Shown piece by piece: positions 32,093-44,070 of a stretch of DNA of 64,000 bases. Position numbers and translations under genes: made by a program. Source of the stretch: Thecamonas trahens ATCC 50062 (lineage: Eukaryota > Protista > Apusomonadida). The notes under the pieces were generated by a model. It did no database searches. It saw only the letters and a program-made list of their open reading frames with translations, and had not been told where the DNA came from. Within the stretch, counting starts at the first letter, position 1. The number at the start of each line of letters is the position of its first letter. The stretch spans positions 21,856 through 85,855 of the forward strand of contig NW_013657670.1 in NCBI RefSeq assembly GCF_000142905.1, given 5' to 3'.

Positions 32093-33265
32093 ATGATGTG
32101 CGGATCCATGTCGAGCGTGCGCCGCGGGCTCGCTGCCCTCTTTCTTCCGCGTGGCTATCCGGCGTCCGTCTCGAGCGATTACGCGGCGTACCAGGCTTGC
32201 GACACGCTCCAGGGCCTCGCATCGTACGTGGCCGGATCACTATCATCGCGGGCGATTCTCGCCGGCCTCGGCGTTGGATCTGCGACGGCATCTGCTGCAG
32301 GCGCGGTGTCGGTCACCCTCGTCCGCGACGCCATCGGCATGGCGGCGTCGGTCGGGTGCGCAGCGCTCGCACCGCGATCGATGGAAGCCTTTCCGCAATG
32401 GTGGCGACTGGTGGCGGATGTGCTCAACGACGCCGCACTCTTTGCCGAGCTCCTCTCGGCACTCCTGGATCCGATCTGGTTTGTGTGGCTGGTATGCGGC
32501 GCGGCGCTGATGCGGGCGGTCGTCGGCGTTGCCGGCGGAACGAGCCGGGCTGTCTTTCGTGCCCACCAGGCCCGCAACGCCAATCTCGCCGACGTCATAG
32601 CCAAGGACGGCTCACAGGAGACCTTTGTCTCACTCCTCGGCCTCCTCCTCGGCCTCCTCCTCGCCCCAGTCCTCGACCACGCATCGTCTGCGGCATGGGC
32701 TGTTTTTGCCGCCGCCACCGCCCTCCACCTCGCCGCCAACTGGGCCGCTGTCTCGTGCCTGGTCCTCGACTCGCTCAACGAGCAGCGGATGGCTGCACTG
32801 CTTGCCGCCGACACTGCTCCTGCCAATGACCATCTTCCGTCGCCTGCTCATCTTGCCGCCACTCTGCCCTTATCGCCATGGGCTGCCGCCGACGTCCCGT
32901 TTGCGCTCGGCGCTCCGCTCAGCTGTCTCGGGCCGGACGGCTCGTGCGAGATTGCCGCCTGTTGGGACGAGCTCGGCTTTATTGTTGATGCCCATGGCCA
33001 CGCCGCGCTCTTTGCTGGCGTCGACGCCACAGGCTCGCTCCTGGTCAAGGCCGCATACTTTGCCGCCGCCGCCGCCCGCGACGGACGCGGTGCCGGCGAC
33101 GTCGGCGATCATCTCTGGATCGCCGCCACACAGTCCCGCTGGTGTGCCTTTGCCGCTGCTGCCCATCGCGCAGGTTGGGACGTCGACCATCGTGCCGCTC
33201 TCCACCTCGGGACGGGGCCACGAGTCGCGTTCTGCCAGCCTCTCTCAACCGCCGCTACGGGGTAA
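32093..33265 (+). CDS. RUS1/DUF647 (RUSF1-like) protein
   Basis: LFLPRGYPASVSSDY..YQ..DTLQ, WRLVADVLND, H.ARNANLADVIAKDGSQET and HLAANW.AV..L.LDSLN are DUF647 motifs. Confidence 0.9.
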   Translation: MMCGSMSSVRRGLAALFLPRGYPASVSSDYAAYQACDTLQGLASYVAGSLSSRAILAGLGVGSATASAAGAVSVTLVRDAIGMAASVGCAALAPRSMEAFPQWWRLVADVLNDAALFAELLSALLDPIWFVWLVCGAALMRAVVGVAGGTSRAVFRAHQARNANLADVIAKDGSQETFVSLLGLLLGLLLAPVLDHASSAAWAVFAAATALHLAANWAAVSCLVLDSLNEQRMAALLAADTAPANDHLPSPAHLAATLPLSPWAAADVPFALGAPLSCLGPDGSCEIAACWDELGFIVDAHGHAALFAGVDATGSLLVKAAYFAAAAARDGRGAGDVGDHLWIAATQSRWCAFAAAAHRAGWDVDHRAALHLGTGPRVAFCQPLSTAATG

Positions 33266-33301
33266 AGGCCACACCTCTCGCCACGGGTGACGCACCCCAG
33301 C

Positions 33302-34858
33302 ATGGCTGCCACGTCTCGGTGCCAAGCTGAGACAGAGCCGCTTCTCAGCACAGAGGGCTCGCTACAAGCGTCGGCGTCTGTCACCTGCCCCGCCCAGCAG
33401 CCGCGGCCCGAGGAGCTTAGGCATGCGCCGACGCCGCGTCGCGAACTGTCGCTGCAACTGATGCTGGCGGCACCTGTGGCCTTTACTGTACTCTGCCGCG
33501 TCGGCATGATGTTGACCGATCTGGCGGTGCTGGGCCACTTGTCGGGCTCGGCGCTGGCGGCGGCGTCGGCGGCGCTCATCTGGATGAACGTTGTGCTCTC
33601 GCCGATCTTTCGCGGCTTTGCGCCTGCGCTCAACGTGCTCTCCGCTCAGGCGCTCGGCGCCGACAACCCGGCCCTGGCTGGCCAGTGGGCGCTGATTGCA
33701 GTGCTGGCGTGCTCGGGCTATGGCGTGTGCGTCGGAGCAGCGTGGTGGTGGGGCGAGGCTGTTCTTCTCGGCATCGGCGCAGACCCGGCCATCGCCGCTG
33801 AGGCCGGCGTGTTCATGCGGTACTCGCTGCTGTGGACCGTGCCGACCATGGGCTATGAGCTGCTGCAATCATTTTTTCGCGCCCACGAGGACGTGCTCCC
33901 GGCCATGGTGATCAACGCTGCAGGCCTCGTCTTCAACCTCGCCGCCAACGTAGTCCTCGTCCACGGCGCCGGCTCCTGGGCCGGCATGGGCTTTGTCGGC
34001 TCGCCACTCGCTACCGCCGCTTCGCGCTGGGTAGTCTTTGTCGGCTACGCAGTATACATGTGGGCAACGCGACGCGCATATCTCAAATCTGCTACGCCGG
34101 GCTTTAGCTGGGCTTGGATGAGCCGGGCGCGGCTGGTAACCTACACGCTCGAGCAGGCGCTCCCACTCTCGCTCTCGGGCCTCATCGAGGAGCTTCAGTT
34201 CCAGGTGCTGGCCGTGATGGCGCTTGATCTCGGCGCGGTGGAGATCGCGACCAACAACGCCATGTTTGTCCTGTTCTTCTTCCTCGACTCGGCCATGCTC
34301 GGCCTCTTCACGGCGTGCTCCATCCGGGTGGGCCGGCTGCTGGGGTGTGGTCTGCCTCAAGCGGCGCGGCGGGCAGGCGTCGTCACGTTCGGCCTCTCCA
34401 TGGTTGTTGGCGGCGCTGTGAGCCTCGCGCTGTACCTCCTCCGCGCTCAGCTGGGTAAGATTGTCTCAAGCGATCCGGCTATCTGGAGTGAGGCCGAGTC
34501 GATCGCCCGGCTCCTTGCCATCTCCTACATCCTCATCGGTGTCTTCTACACCTGCATGGCTATCCTCGACGGCCAGGCGCGGCCGCTTCCGGTCGCCCTT
34601 GCCTTTTTCGTCGGCGCTTGGCTCGTCTGTATCCCGCTCGCCTACGTCTTTGTCTTCAGAGACCACCGCGGGCTCCGCGGCATCTGGCTCTCTATGGTCA
34701 TCGGCTACTCGGTCGTCACCACTATTGCCGCTGGCTTTGTGGTCACCTCGGACTGGTCGGCTCTTGCCGACGTGGCGCGGATCCGCTCCGAGTGCAAGGT
34801 CAAGCCGGAGCCGGAGCCGGAGCTGGTAGCCGCGGCACGCGGTTCGAGCCTAGCCTGA
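33302..34858 (+). CDS. MATE-family multidrug/toxin efflux transporter
   Basis: About 12 TM helices; LGHL...LAAA, SAQALGA, MGFVGSPLAT, SIRVGRLLG and GLRGIWL. Confidence 0.92.
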   Translation: MAATSRCQAETEPLLSTEGSLQASASVTCPAQQPRPEELRHAPTPRRELSLQLMLAAPVAFTVLCRVGMMLTDLAVLGHLSGSALAAASAALIWMNVVLSPIFRGFAPALNVLSAQALGADNPALAGQWALIAVLACSGYGVCVGAAWWWGEAVLLGIGADPAIAAEAGVFMRYSLLWTVPTMGYELLQSFFRAHEDVLPAMVINAAGLVFNLAANVVLVHGAGSWAGMGFVGSPLATAASRWVVFVGYAVYMWATRRAYLKSATPGFSWAWMSRARLVTYTLEQALPLSLSGLIEELQFQVLAVMALDLGAVEIATNNAMFVLFFFLDSAMLGLFTACSIRVGRLLGCGLPQAARRAGVVTFGLSMVVGGAVSLALYLLRAQLGKIVSSDPAIWSEAESIARLLAISYILIGVFYTCMAILDGQARPLPVALAFFVGAWLVCIPLAYVFVFRDHRGLRGIWLSMVIGYSVVTTIAAGFVVTSDWSALADVARIRSECKVKPEPEPELVAAARGSSLA

Positions 34859-34864
34859 GTCGCG

Positions 34865-36139
34865 CTACTGACGCTTGCCGCGACCGACGCGATGAAGGGT
34901 GGCAATGACCTGGGCGGCGGCGCTCGGCAGGCTCGCCACGTTGTAGGCGAGGCCGTGCCTCGCGGCAAAGGCGGTGATCCGCGGCGCAATGCGCGGGTAG
35001 TTGTGGCGCGGCATGGCCGGGAACAGATGATGCTCGATCTGATAGTTGAGGTGGCCGGTGAACCAGTCGGCGACCGCACCTGGGCTGAGGTTCTGGGTGG
35101 CGTCAAACTGGGCGGCGACCCACGACTTGGGCGAAGCCTGCGACCGCATCGAGACGATGCCCATGGGAAAGTGGTTCATGGCCGTGACCCAGGTGAACCA
35201 CATCGACTCCAGCACACGGACCGCAAAGTAGAGGCCCGCCGCGCCCCAGAACGTGTGCCCACTCCACCCCATGTGCACGCCCCAAAACCGCGGCAGGTAT
35301 GAGAGACCGAGCACAAGATCGAGCCACAGCCCACGCTTGACGCAGTCGACGATGTTAGTGATGAGAAAGACGACAGTGGTGACCAGTGGTGGGCCAAGAA
35401 GCCACCAGTACCAGCCCTGTGCAAAGGTGCCGGCCCAGCCCATCTCCTCCTCGGACATGACCTCGTCGAAGAGGAAGAGTGGCTCGTTGTGGACGTCCGG
35501 GTCGGCGTGCAGATGGTTTGGCTTGGCGTGATGTCGGTTGTGCCGTGACCGCCACCACGGCGACGACGCGCCTTTGAAGCCAGCCATCAGCACCTTGTGA
35601 GCCGCAATGTTCATCCATCGCGCCTTGAACACCGCCAAATGGCCAAAGTCGTGTTGCAGCCAGCCCGACTGGATCTGCGCCGTAGCAAGCACCGCCGCTG
35701 CCACCCAGAACAGCACCCACGACCCGCTCATTGCCGCCATCGTCGAGAGCCACACACCGCCCATCTCCATCGCCACAATAATCGCCAGCTGGAGAAGAAA
35801 GAAGCCCGGCTCGGCGTCAAACATGCCTTCAGCAGCAAGCTCTCGACGAAGAGCGCGGAAGGAGGAGGTCACATCATCGTCGCCCTCAACCTCTACAGAC
35901 TCGATTCGACGAGGCGCCATCGTTCCAATCTCAAGCGCAGGCAGCATAGCGGTAGCCTTCCTGCCCGGATGAAATGCATCAAAGGCATCAGTGGCGTCTT
36001 GACCGAGGTAGTAGGTGAGGACCTTGCCGCCCGGATGGCGGGCAATGAACTCGCTCACATCGTACACTCTGCCGGAGATGGCCAGCAACTTGCCGCCCTT
36101 GCGCAGCTCGTCTTGGCTGTACACACGCTCGTCCTTCAT
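34865..36139 (-). CDS. Front-end fatty-acid desaturase (delta-5/6/8 type) with fused cytochrome b5
   Basis: HPGG heme motif and His boxes HDFGH, HNRHH and QIEHH. Confidence 0.95.
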   Translation of the reverse strand: MKDERVYSQDELRKGGKLLAISGRVYDVSEFIARHPGGKVLTYYLGQDATDAFDAFHPGRKATAMLPALEIGTMAPRRIESVEVEGDDDVTSSFRALRRELAAEGMFDAEPGFFLLQLAIIVAMEMGGVWLSTMAAMSGSWVLFWVAAAVLATAQIQSGWLQHDFGHLAVFKARWMNIAAHKVLMAGFKGASSPWWRSRHNRHHAKPNHLHADPDVHNEPLFLFDEVMSEEEMGWAGTFAQGWYWWLLGPPLVTTVVFLITNIVDCVKRGLWLDLVLGLSYLPRFWGVHMGWSGHTFWGAAGLYFAVRVLESMWFTWVTAMNHFPMGIVSMRSQASPKSWVAAQFDATQNLSPGAVADWFTGHLNYQIEHHLFPAMPRHNYPRIAPRITAFAARHGLAYNVASLPSAAAQVIATLHRVGRGKRQ

Positions 36140-36265
36140 CTGTCTGTGGTGGAGGGGCGAGGGTGGGGGATGGTGGCGTAGAGTGGTGGGCTGGGGATGA
36201 GGTCATGCGTGTGGGCGGAGTTGCGGGGGGAGGAGGGGAGGGGAGCGTGGCAGGATTCGAGATGG

Positions 36266-36381
36266 GCGCGATGGCAATGGCGATGGCGATGGCGATAGTG
36301 ATGGCGATGGCGATGGCAATGGCAATGGCGATAGCGATAGCGTTGGCGATGATGACAGTGATGGTGATAGCGATGGCGATG
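36266..36381. repeat. Degenerate hexamer repeat (GCGATG/GCAATG)n
   Basis: Visible directly, upstream of the desaturase. Confidence 0.85.
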
Positions 36382-36692
36382 TTGAGCTGGTGGGCCTTTG
36401 CTGCGATCAGAGCCGACTGACATTGCACTTGCATCTGCTCCGCCTACCTTACTCCCGCTGCCTTTCACCTGCCTCACTCCTGGTCCGATCCGTATGACCG
36501 CGGGCAGGCCTTAACAAACCAGAAATAGCCAAGCTGTCCTCCTTGATCAAGGCCATGATCCAACCCCCCCCCCCCCCCCCCCCCTCCCCCCACATTGGCC
36601 ATCGGGACTGGCACACCGCAAGATCACGACCGAGGGAGCCGAGGCCCCCAGACCACGCCACACTGCACTCGCTGTGAGGAGGTGTTCAGAGC

Positions 36693-38654
36693 ATGAACTT
36701 CCAATATGCTCTTGCCACCAACATTGTAGAGCATTTGTTCTCTGACACAGCTGTAGTACGTACCATCATTTCCCCTCTCCCGTCCACACCGCCACACCAG
36801 TCGTGTCGGGCCATGCCAGCCGTGTCGGCCATCGAAGCCACTCCCGCCAGCCCCTCCCCCCGCGCACACACACCGCTCACTCACACCACCGTCATCTCTC
36901 TCAACACAGTGCGTATATGACACGTTGGTGAAGCGGCAAGATCAGAGCCATGCTCAACTGGTGGCGACTACAAACTTGTCGTCGCCAGAGGTCTCGGCTG
37001 CTCTGGCCGACCTCATTCCCTTTCGGCTTGTCGGCGTGCGGTATCCGGACAAGGCTGCCTCGCTCGAGCCCGGCGCTCCAAAGCAGGACAAGTCGTCATC
37101 TCGCAAAAAGAAGCCCATCACTTTTCGCGCCATCACAGCCATGCCCGAGCTCCTCCTCCTCCAGCCGCGGTTCGTCGATCTGGTCCGCCGTGCCTATGGC
37201 GAGGCCGCGGCACTGGCCCTTGATGCCTGGTTCCATCTCGGCCTTGTCCACGAGTCCGAGTTCATCTCCAGCCTCGCCACCCTCGCGCCGCACCTGCCCA
37301 AGTTTGCCGACCCGGAGCTGATGGCCAAGATCGAGACTGGCTTTGCCAAGCTCCTTGGTCACAACCTCCTTGTCCACACCGGCCGCCCGATGCTCTTCAC
37401 TCCGGACATGCTCCCGCGCAAACCGACCAAGTCGCAGCAGGCTGCCGCCGCCGGCTCGCGCCGGTCCAACGCCAAACCACGCAAGGGTGCCGACGAAGAC
37501 ACTATCAACCTCACTGGCGCCTCGGCCGGCCTCTCAGCCATGTTCAACGCTGTCATCGGCGGTAAGCGCAAGCGGTCGCCCACGCCGTCAGACTCGGACG
37601 ATGACGATGACGACGCATCCGCCGCGCCGGCCCAGGCTCCTGTCAAACGCAACCGCGTGACCGAGGCCGCAGGCGGCCCGACCGGGCCCTTCCCACCCGC
37701 GTGCCCTACTCGTATGGCCCGTTCATCCAGCTCGAGGGCAAGCTTGTCGAGCCCAACTTTGACAAGCTCCTCAAGCTCCTCGAGTTTTCGCTCCTCGAGG
37801 CCCACTTTGTCGCTGTCGGCGGGCCTGTGGCCTCGTTTGTGTGGCAGGCGGCCCAGCCCGACATCACCACCATTGTGACCGAGACCAAGACGCTCAAGTT
37901 TGCGCCGCCCATTCCCAAGTCGCGCATCGACGACGTTGCGCTCGGCACATCCTACTCGGACGTCGAAGTTCGCATCGTCGAGGTCCTTGGCGACGACGGC
38001 GAGGTCGAGACCCGCCGTGAGGCCGTGCCAGTTGAGAAAACCGTCGACGCTGCGCTGGTCGAAAAGACCCTCGTTCGCCTCCAGCTCCTCGACATCCGCT
38101 TTCTCCGCCGCTCCAACGCCACCGGCCAGTACATTCTCAGCTTTGACGCCGTCCGCAAGCACCTGCACGAGACCGCCACCCTCTCTATCATTCGCTCGCG
38201 CTACGGCCCGCTCGGCCTCCGCATCGTCTCGGTCCTCCGCGAGCAACAGCACGCCGAAGAGACGGCACTCACCCGCCTCGCCATGGCAAAGCCCAAGGAA
38301 GTCCGCCTCTACCTCAACATGCTCATCAAGGATGGCTTTGTCGTCTGCCGTCAGGTCCCGCGCAACTCGGAGTTCTCCTCCAACAAGTCGTTTTATCTCT
38401 TTTCCTACGACCCGCGCCGGGCCCATCTCACCACCGCCGCCCTCGCCCGAAAGACCATGTCCAACATGCTCGTCCGCGCCAAGGCCGACACGGCCGCGCA
38501 CGCCAAGCTCATCGACATGGTCCACGCCTTTGGCTCGCCAGACTCGCTCAATGACGAGGAGCGCGAGCGCTGGAGCGCCTTTGAGGCCAAGCGGAACAAG
38601 CTGTTTGACGCTGCGCTCTCGAACCGCCACCTGCTCATGGTCCTTGATATATGA
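36693..38654 (+). CDS. POLR3C: RNA polymerase III subunit RPC3 (RPC62/RPC82); intron 36756-36909, frameshift at about 37687-37689
   Basis: Spliced N-terminus (IVEHLFSDTAV-CVYDTLV...EVSAALADLI) resembles the RPC62 winged helix. C-terminal IIRSRYG..GLRI..L...HAEE..L..LAM..PKEVR..L..L...GFV...QVP...KSFYLF. Confidence 0.8.
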
Positions 38655-38683
38655 AAAGTGTAACAGCTCTCTACCCTTCCCCC

Positions 38684-40018
<1,335 letters not shown>

Positions 40019-40115
40019 TCAACCCAATCCAGCCATGCTTCTTCGCCCATCGATCAAACTCCCTATGATCGCATCTTCCTTCCTCCAATTGGCTACATCT
40101 GTCCTGTGCTCTTCA

Positions 40116-43100
40116 TCAACGACTCGGTGTGCTGTACGCCACGTGCCCAACAGCTCGGGCACGGTGCGGACAAGCGCCCGATGCCTCGACTACTAGGTCG
40201 AGTGCCTTGGCCAACTCGACTTTGGACGAGTCGCTGAACCCGCTCCAGTCGGCGATCCGCGCCATTCGACCACGTCCGAGCGCACCGAGAAAGACCCGCC
40301 ACTCGTCGAGATCGGTGCTATTTGCCGACGGCCTCGCTCGCGGCGTGTTCGGAATGCCCACAATCCGGATGGTGAGGACGGCGTCGCCGGGAAAGTGCAG
40401 GCTCTGGGTCCGGATCTCGTCGCCTACCACCAGCGCCACATGCACCGCTTGTCCGCCATTCGCCACCGCTTCGCGCATGACATGCCGCCCGTCCGCCACA
40501 GCCCGTTTCACGTTCCCGTCGCCATACCACCGGAGCGAGACGCAGACCGAGCCATCAAGCGCCGTCAACCACACCATACCGGCATCGTCGATTACGTGAA
40601 AGCGGTACCCGTCTGCCAGCGACAACACTGCGTGCTCATCCCCCAGCACCGCCGCCAGTAGATCATCCCGCGCCCGCGCCGCAGCCACAAGGCCCACCTT
40701 GAACACATCACCGTCACCGTCGCCGCACGGAAACATGGTGCTGCCCGGCACGGCCGGACTCGTGGCAAACACCTCCGGCCACACGCCGCGGCCGGACCAC
40801 GCTGCCACATCGCGGGTGAGCTCGTCCAAGTCGACACGGGCCAGTCGCGGTGAGACCACAAAGCTCGGGGCAATCTTGTCCACTGGCACTTCCACGCCCT
40901 CGCCACTCGCTACATACGCCCGCAGTTGAATTTGCACCCCGCTTGCACCGAGTGTGTGCCACCGGGTGCACACTCGCCCGCCCGCCGCGACAACATGCAC
41001 CAGCCCAATCCGCCCGCTCGCCGAAACCTCGCCGCCGCCCTCGCTTCTGCGAACAAGCGAGACCCGCAACGCGCTGCCTGCCACGCCGCTCGCTCCGGCC
41101 CAGAGAGCAGCCAGTACATCTCGCCGAATCTCGAGCTCAAACGCCTCGTTGTAGCTCACCACCGGTTCGATTGGGCGCGCCACCGTCGAAAACGCAACGC
41201 CGTCGTACTCGATCACTGCATACTCTGCCGGTGCATTCTCTGGCGACAGCTGCATTTCGGCAAGTGCCCGCTTGACGTTCAGCAACGTCACTTGGAGCCG
41301 TAGGCCTCGCTGCCGCGCCACTTTTGTCTCCTCGCCGATCGACTCGAGCTCGTTCTCCACTGCAGCCATCTTGGGTACCGCCACCTCGGCCACACTTCGT
41401 CCGCCGTAGTGTCGCACCACCTTGCGGAGCGCAGCGCGCTCGACCTCGCTCACCACGTCCTCGAGTGGCGCGGGTGGGCTCGCGCACGCGGTTATCGCCA
41501 CCAGCACAAGGCCTGCTACGTGCCGGATCACCTCTTGACCGGGCTCGGCAAGCGCTGCAGGCGTAACTGTGGCCAGTGGCCGCTTGACGGTCACGCCCCG
41601 GGCCTCCAGCCGCGCGTTGACCGAGCCCAGCAGGAGTGACAGGTTGTGCAGCGAAGCCACTGCCCGCTGCCCGCGCCGAGGCACCTTGGGCGTATCCAGC
41701 GCGAGTCTCAGCCCACGTGCATACGCGGGAAACGTGCTGCAGTACACTCCAGCGAGCACGGCTCCGTCAGCCAGCGCCGCCAGCGCCAGCCGCTGACTTC
41801 CGGGTCTGGCGCGCGACTTTCGACGCGGCGTGAGACCAGCCACCGCCGCCGCACCCTCCGCCGCCTTCATCTGCCGCACAAACCACGCCACGAGGTGCAC
41901 GTCGACGGGCGTCGCCGACCGCACCTCGGCTTGTGTTGCCATCACCGAGTTGTCCGGATGCGAGAACGTCGCCGATAGTGTCACCGAGTTGGACAGCACC
42001 GACGAGTTCGAGACCGCGCTGGCCGCTGCAGCTGGCGACGACAGCATCAGCACCTCTTCGGGATACTGTGGGCTAGCTTGGCACGAGTCGATGCCGTCGT
42101 CGGTAGAGTCGTCGTCGGAAGAGCTCGAAAAGACGCCGACCTCCCACACATCGTCGCACGCTGCAGAGCTCGACTGGCTTGTCATCGACGAGAGATGCGA
42201 GGCACGAATCTGGATCGGCGACACCATCGACGCATCAAGCCCGCGCATGTACACCAGTCGTCGCTTTGGTAGTGGCCGCGGCGGCGGCAGGACCGGTGCG
42301 CCATTCTCTCCAGCCGCGCGCCGTCGCAGCGTTTCAGCCACTACTGGATGAGCCACGACCGCGGCAAAGTGGTTGCACGACGCAGTGACAGCCACCAGCG
42401 TCCCCAACGCTGCCAGATGCAGCCGTGTCATTCCAGCATGTGCCGAGAGAATGACAATCTCGGCGTTACTAGTCCCCAGCACGAGCGCTCTGTCCGATGC
42501 CGCCATGGCCACAAACTCGGGCGTTTCGCTGCCGAGCACAACCCTGTACGGTGCGTCGAGCAGGGTTGATCCGGCCCGCTTGGCCATGGCCGCGCCAAGG
42601 ACAAAGACAGCGCCGTCGGCCGCAAGCACTGCAGAGAACCCGTTGCCGGCGACGATGCTCGTTGCCCGGATCTGTGCGAGAGCCTCGACGCGGGTCGCCG
42701 ATGCCACCAGCTTTCCGCTAAACCCGAGCTGCCCGTCACGCGCCTCACCCCAAGCATAAACCGCTCCGTCGGCGTTGCGAGCGAGAGAGTGGCTGTCGGA
42801 GACCGCAAGCTCCTCGATGTCTACCGGCTGCGGCAGTCCGGCCACGGCCCGTGGTGTCGTCCGGGCCTCGAGTACGCCAGCGCCCAGCTGACCATGCCAT
42901 CCATCGCCCCATCCCAACACCACCCCAGCCAACGTCGCCACAAGCGCATGCCCCCGGCTCAGTGCCAGTGCTGTCACGGTGGCGCCAGCCTTGGTCAGCC
43001 GCGCATTGACTCGTGCCAGAACGCCACCGGCTACCAGCGACTCGCGCGAACTGCTCTCGTCCAGCATGCTGGGCTCAGCCTCGATGCCACATACCACATG

Positions 43101-43499
43101 ACGCACCTTTGCCGAAGACTCGCCCTCGTCAGCAGACTCGTCCACCATCACCATCAGCAGCTCCGAAGCAGCAGCAGAAGGTGAGGCAGCGATGAGAGCG
43201 AGGTGAGCGTGGGGATGCTCGCTAGCCAGCGGTACAGAGAGGCGAGCCGGCTCTGAAGCGAGCGGATGACGCGGCAGTTGACCAGCATAGCTCGCAGTGG
43301 AGACATTGTTATCCCAGCCGAGTACCACCGTAGCCGATGGCGTGGCTACCACCGACGGCACAGCATCGTTGGCTACTTTCGGTGGGCCGAGTTTGAAGCC
43401 ACAGGCAGTTGGCGTGGACGTCTCCTCCAGCACACCCGTACAGAGCTGACCATACCATCCGGTACCCCACGAGTACACCGCATACCCAGTTGCATTCAT
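40116..43499 (-). CDS. RCC1-repeat protein with a central Hook/CH-like region and a C2 domain
   Basis: VYSWGTGWYGQL, VLGWGDGWHGQLG and VYAWGEARDGQLG repeats; C2-like LQVTL...YAVIEY...FST......YNEAFEL...W.TL. Confidence 0.75.
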   Translation of the reverse strand: MNATGYAVYSWGTGWYGQLCTGVLEETSTPTACGFKLGPPKVANDAVPSVVATPSATVVLGWDNNVSTASYAGQLPRHPLASEPARLSVPLASEHPHAHLALIAASPSAAASELLMVMVDESADEGESSAKVRHVVCGIEAEPSMLDESSSRESLVAGGVLARVNARLTKAGATVTALALSRGHALVATLAGVVLGWGDGWHGQLGAGVLEARTTPRAVAGLPQPVDIEELAVSDSHSLARNADGAVYAWGEARDGQLGFSGKLVASATRVEALAQIRATSIVAGNGFSAVLAADGAVFVLGAAMAKRAGSTLLDAPYRVVLGSETPEFVAMAASDRALVLGTSNAEIVILSAHAGMTRLHLAALGTLVAVTASCNHFAAVVAHPVVAETLRRRAAGENGAPVLPPPRPLPKRRLVYMRGLDASMVSPIQIRASHLSSMTSQSSSAACDDVWEVGVFSSSSDDDSTDDGIDSCQASPQYPEEVLMLSSPAAAASAVSNSSVLSNSVTLSATFSHPDNSVMATQAEVRSATPVDVHLVAWFVRQMKAAEGAAAVAGLTPRRKSRARPGSQRLALAALADGAVLAGVYCSTFPAYARGLRLALDTPKVPRRGQRAVASLHNLSLLLGSVNARLEARGVTVKRPLATVTPAALAEPGQEVIRHVAGLVLVAITACASPPAPLEDVVSEVERAALRKVVRHYGGRSVAEVAVPKMAAVENELESIGEETKVARQRGLRLQVTLLNVKRALAEMQLSPENAPAEYAVIEYDGVAFSTVARPIEPVVSYNEAFELEIRRDVLAALWAGASGVAGSALRVSLVRRSEGGGEVSASGRIGLVHVVAAGGRVCTRWHTLGASGVQIQLRAYVASGEGVEVPVDKIAPSFVVSPRLARVDLDELTRDVAAWSGRGVWPEVFATSPAVPGSTMFPCGDGDGDVFKVGLVAAARARDDLLAAVLGDEHAVLSLADGYRFHVIDDAGMVWLTALDGSVCVSLRWYGDGNVKRAVADGRHVMREAVANGGQAVHVALVVGDEIRTQSLHFPGDAVLTIRIVGIPNTPRARPSANSTDLDEWRVFLGALGRGRMARIADWSGFSDSSKVELAKALDLVVEASGACPHRARAVGHVAYSTPSR

Positions 43500-44070
43500 C
43501 TCCTCGCCACCAATCTCGCTCTTTCTCAAAGAGACGAGTGAGCGCTCTGCTCCTTGCCTCGCTCCCGCCCCTGCTCCCGCTCCCACTTCCCTTGCTGCGC
43601 CGGCGCCAACGCGGCGAGCTGACCCGTCGCCCGACCCGAGCCGATCCCAGCCGATCTGATCCGATCTGCACCAGGTGAGAACGCAGACATAGTCGACACA
43701 TTGGCAGAGAGCACCCGATCCGGCAGAGGCTTGCGCATCGAGTCGAGCGAGTCCGGATGAAGGTAGGCTCGCTCTGCCCACTCCTCACCACCGCAAACAG
43801 ACACAGAGGTAAGCATGGTTGGACCCAATCTGATTGTACCTCGCGCATCAGATGGGTACGGGTGGAGGCAAGAACATCGACAATCGCTGTCACCACATCC
43901 ATACCTGACCATTGCCACCCATTGCCACGATCGAGTGGCACGAGGCCATGCCAGCAGCCTGACACACACGCGCCTCACGGGACAACCACCCAATCACTCG
44001 CAAAGCAAGCCACGAGACCAGCCACCTCGCTCACACTCGCCGCTTCATATAGGGCACCTAACATAGGGCT

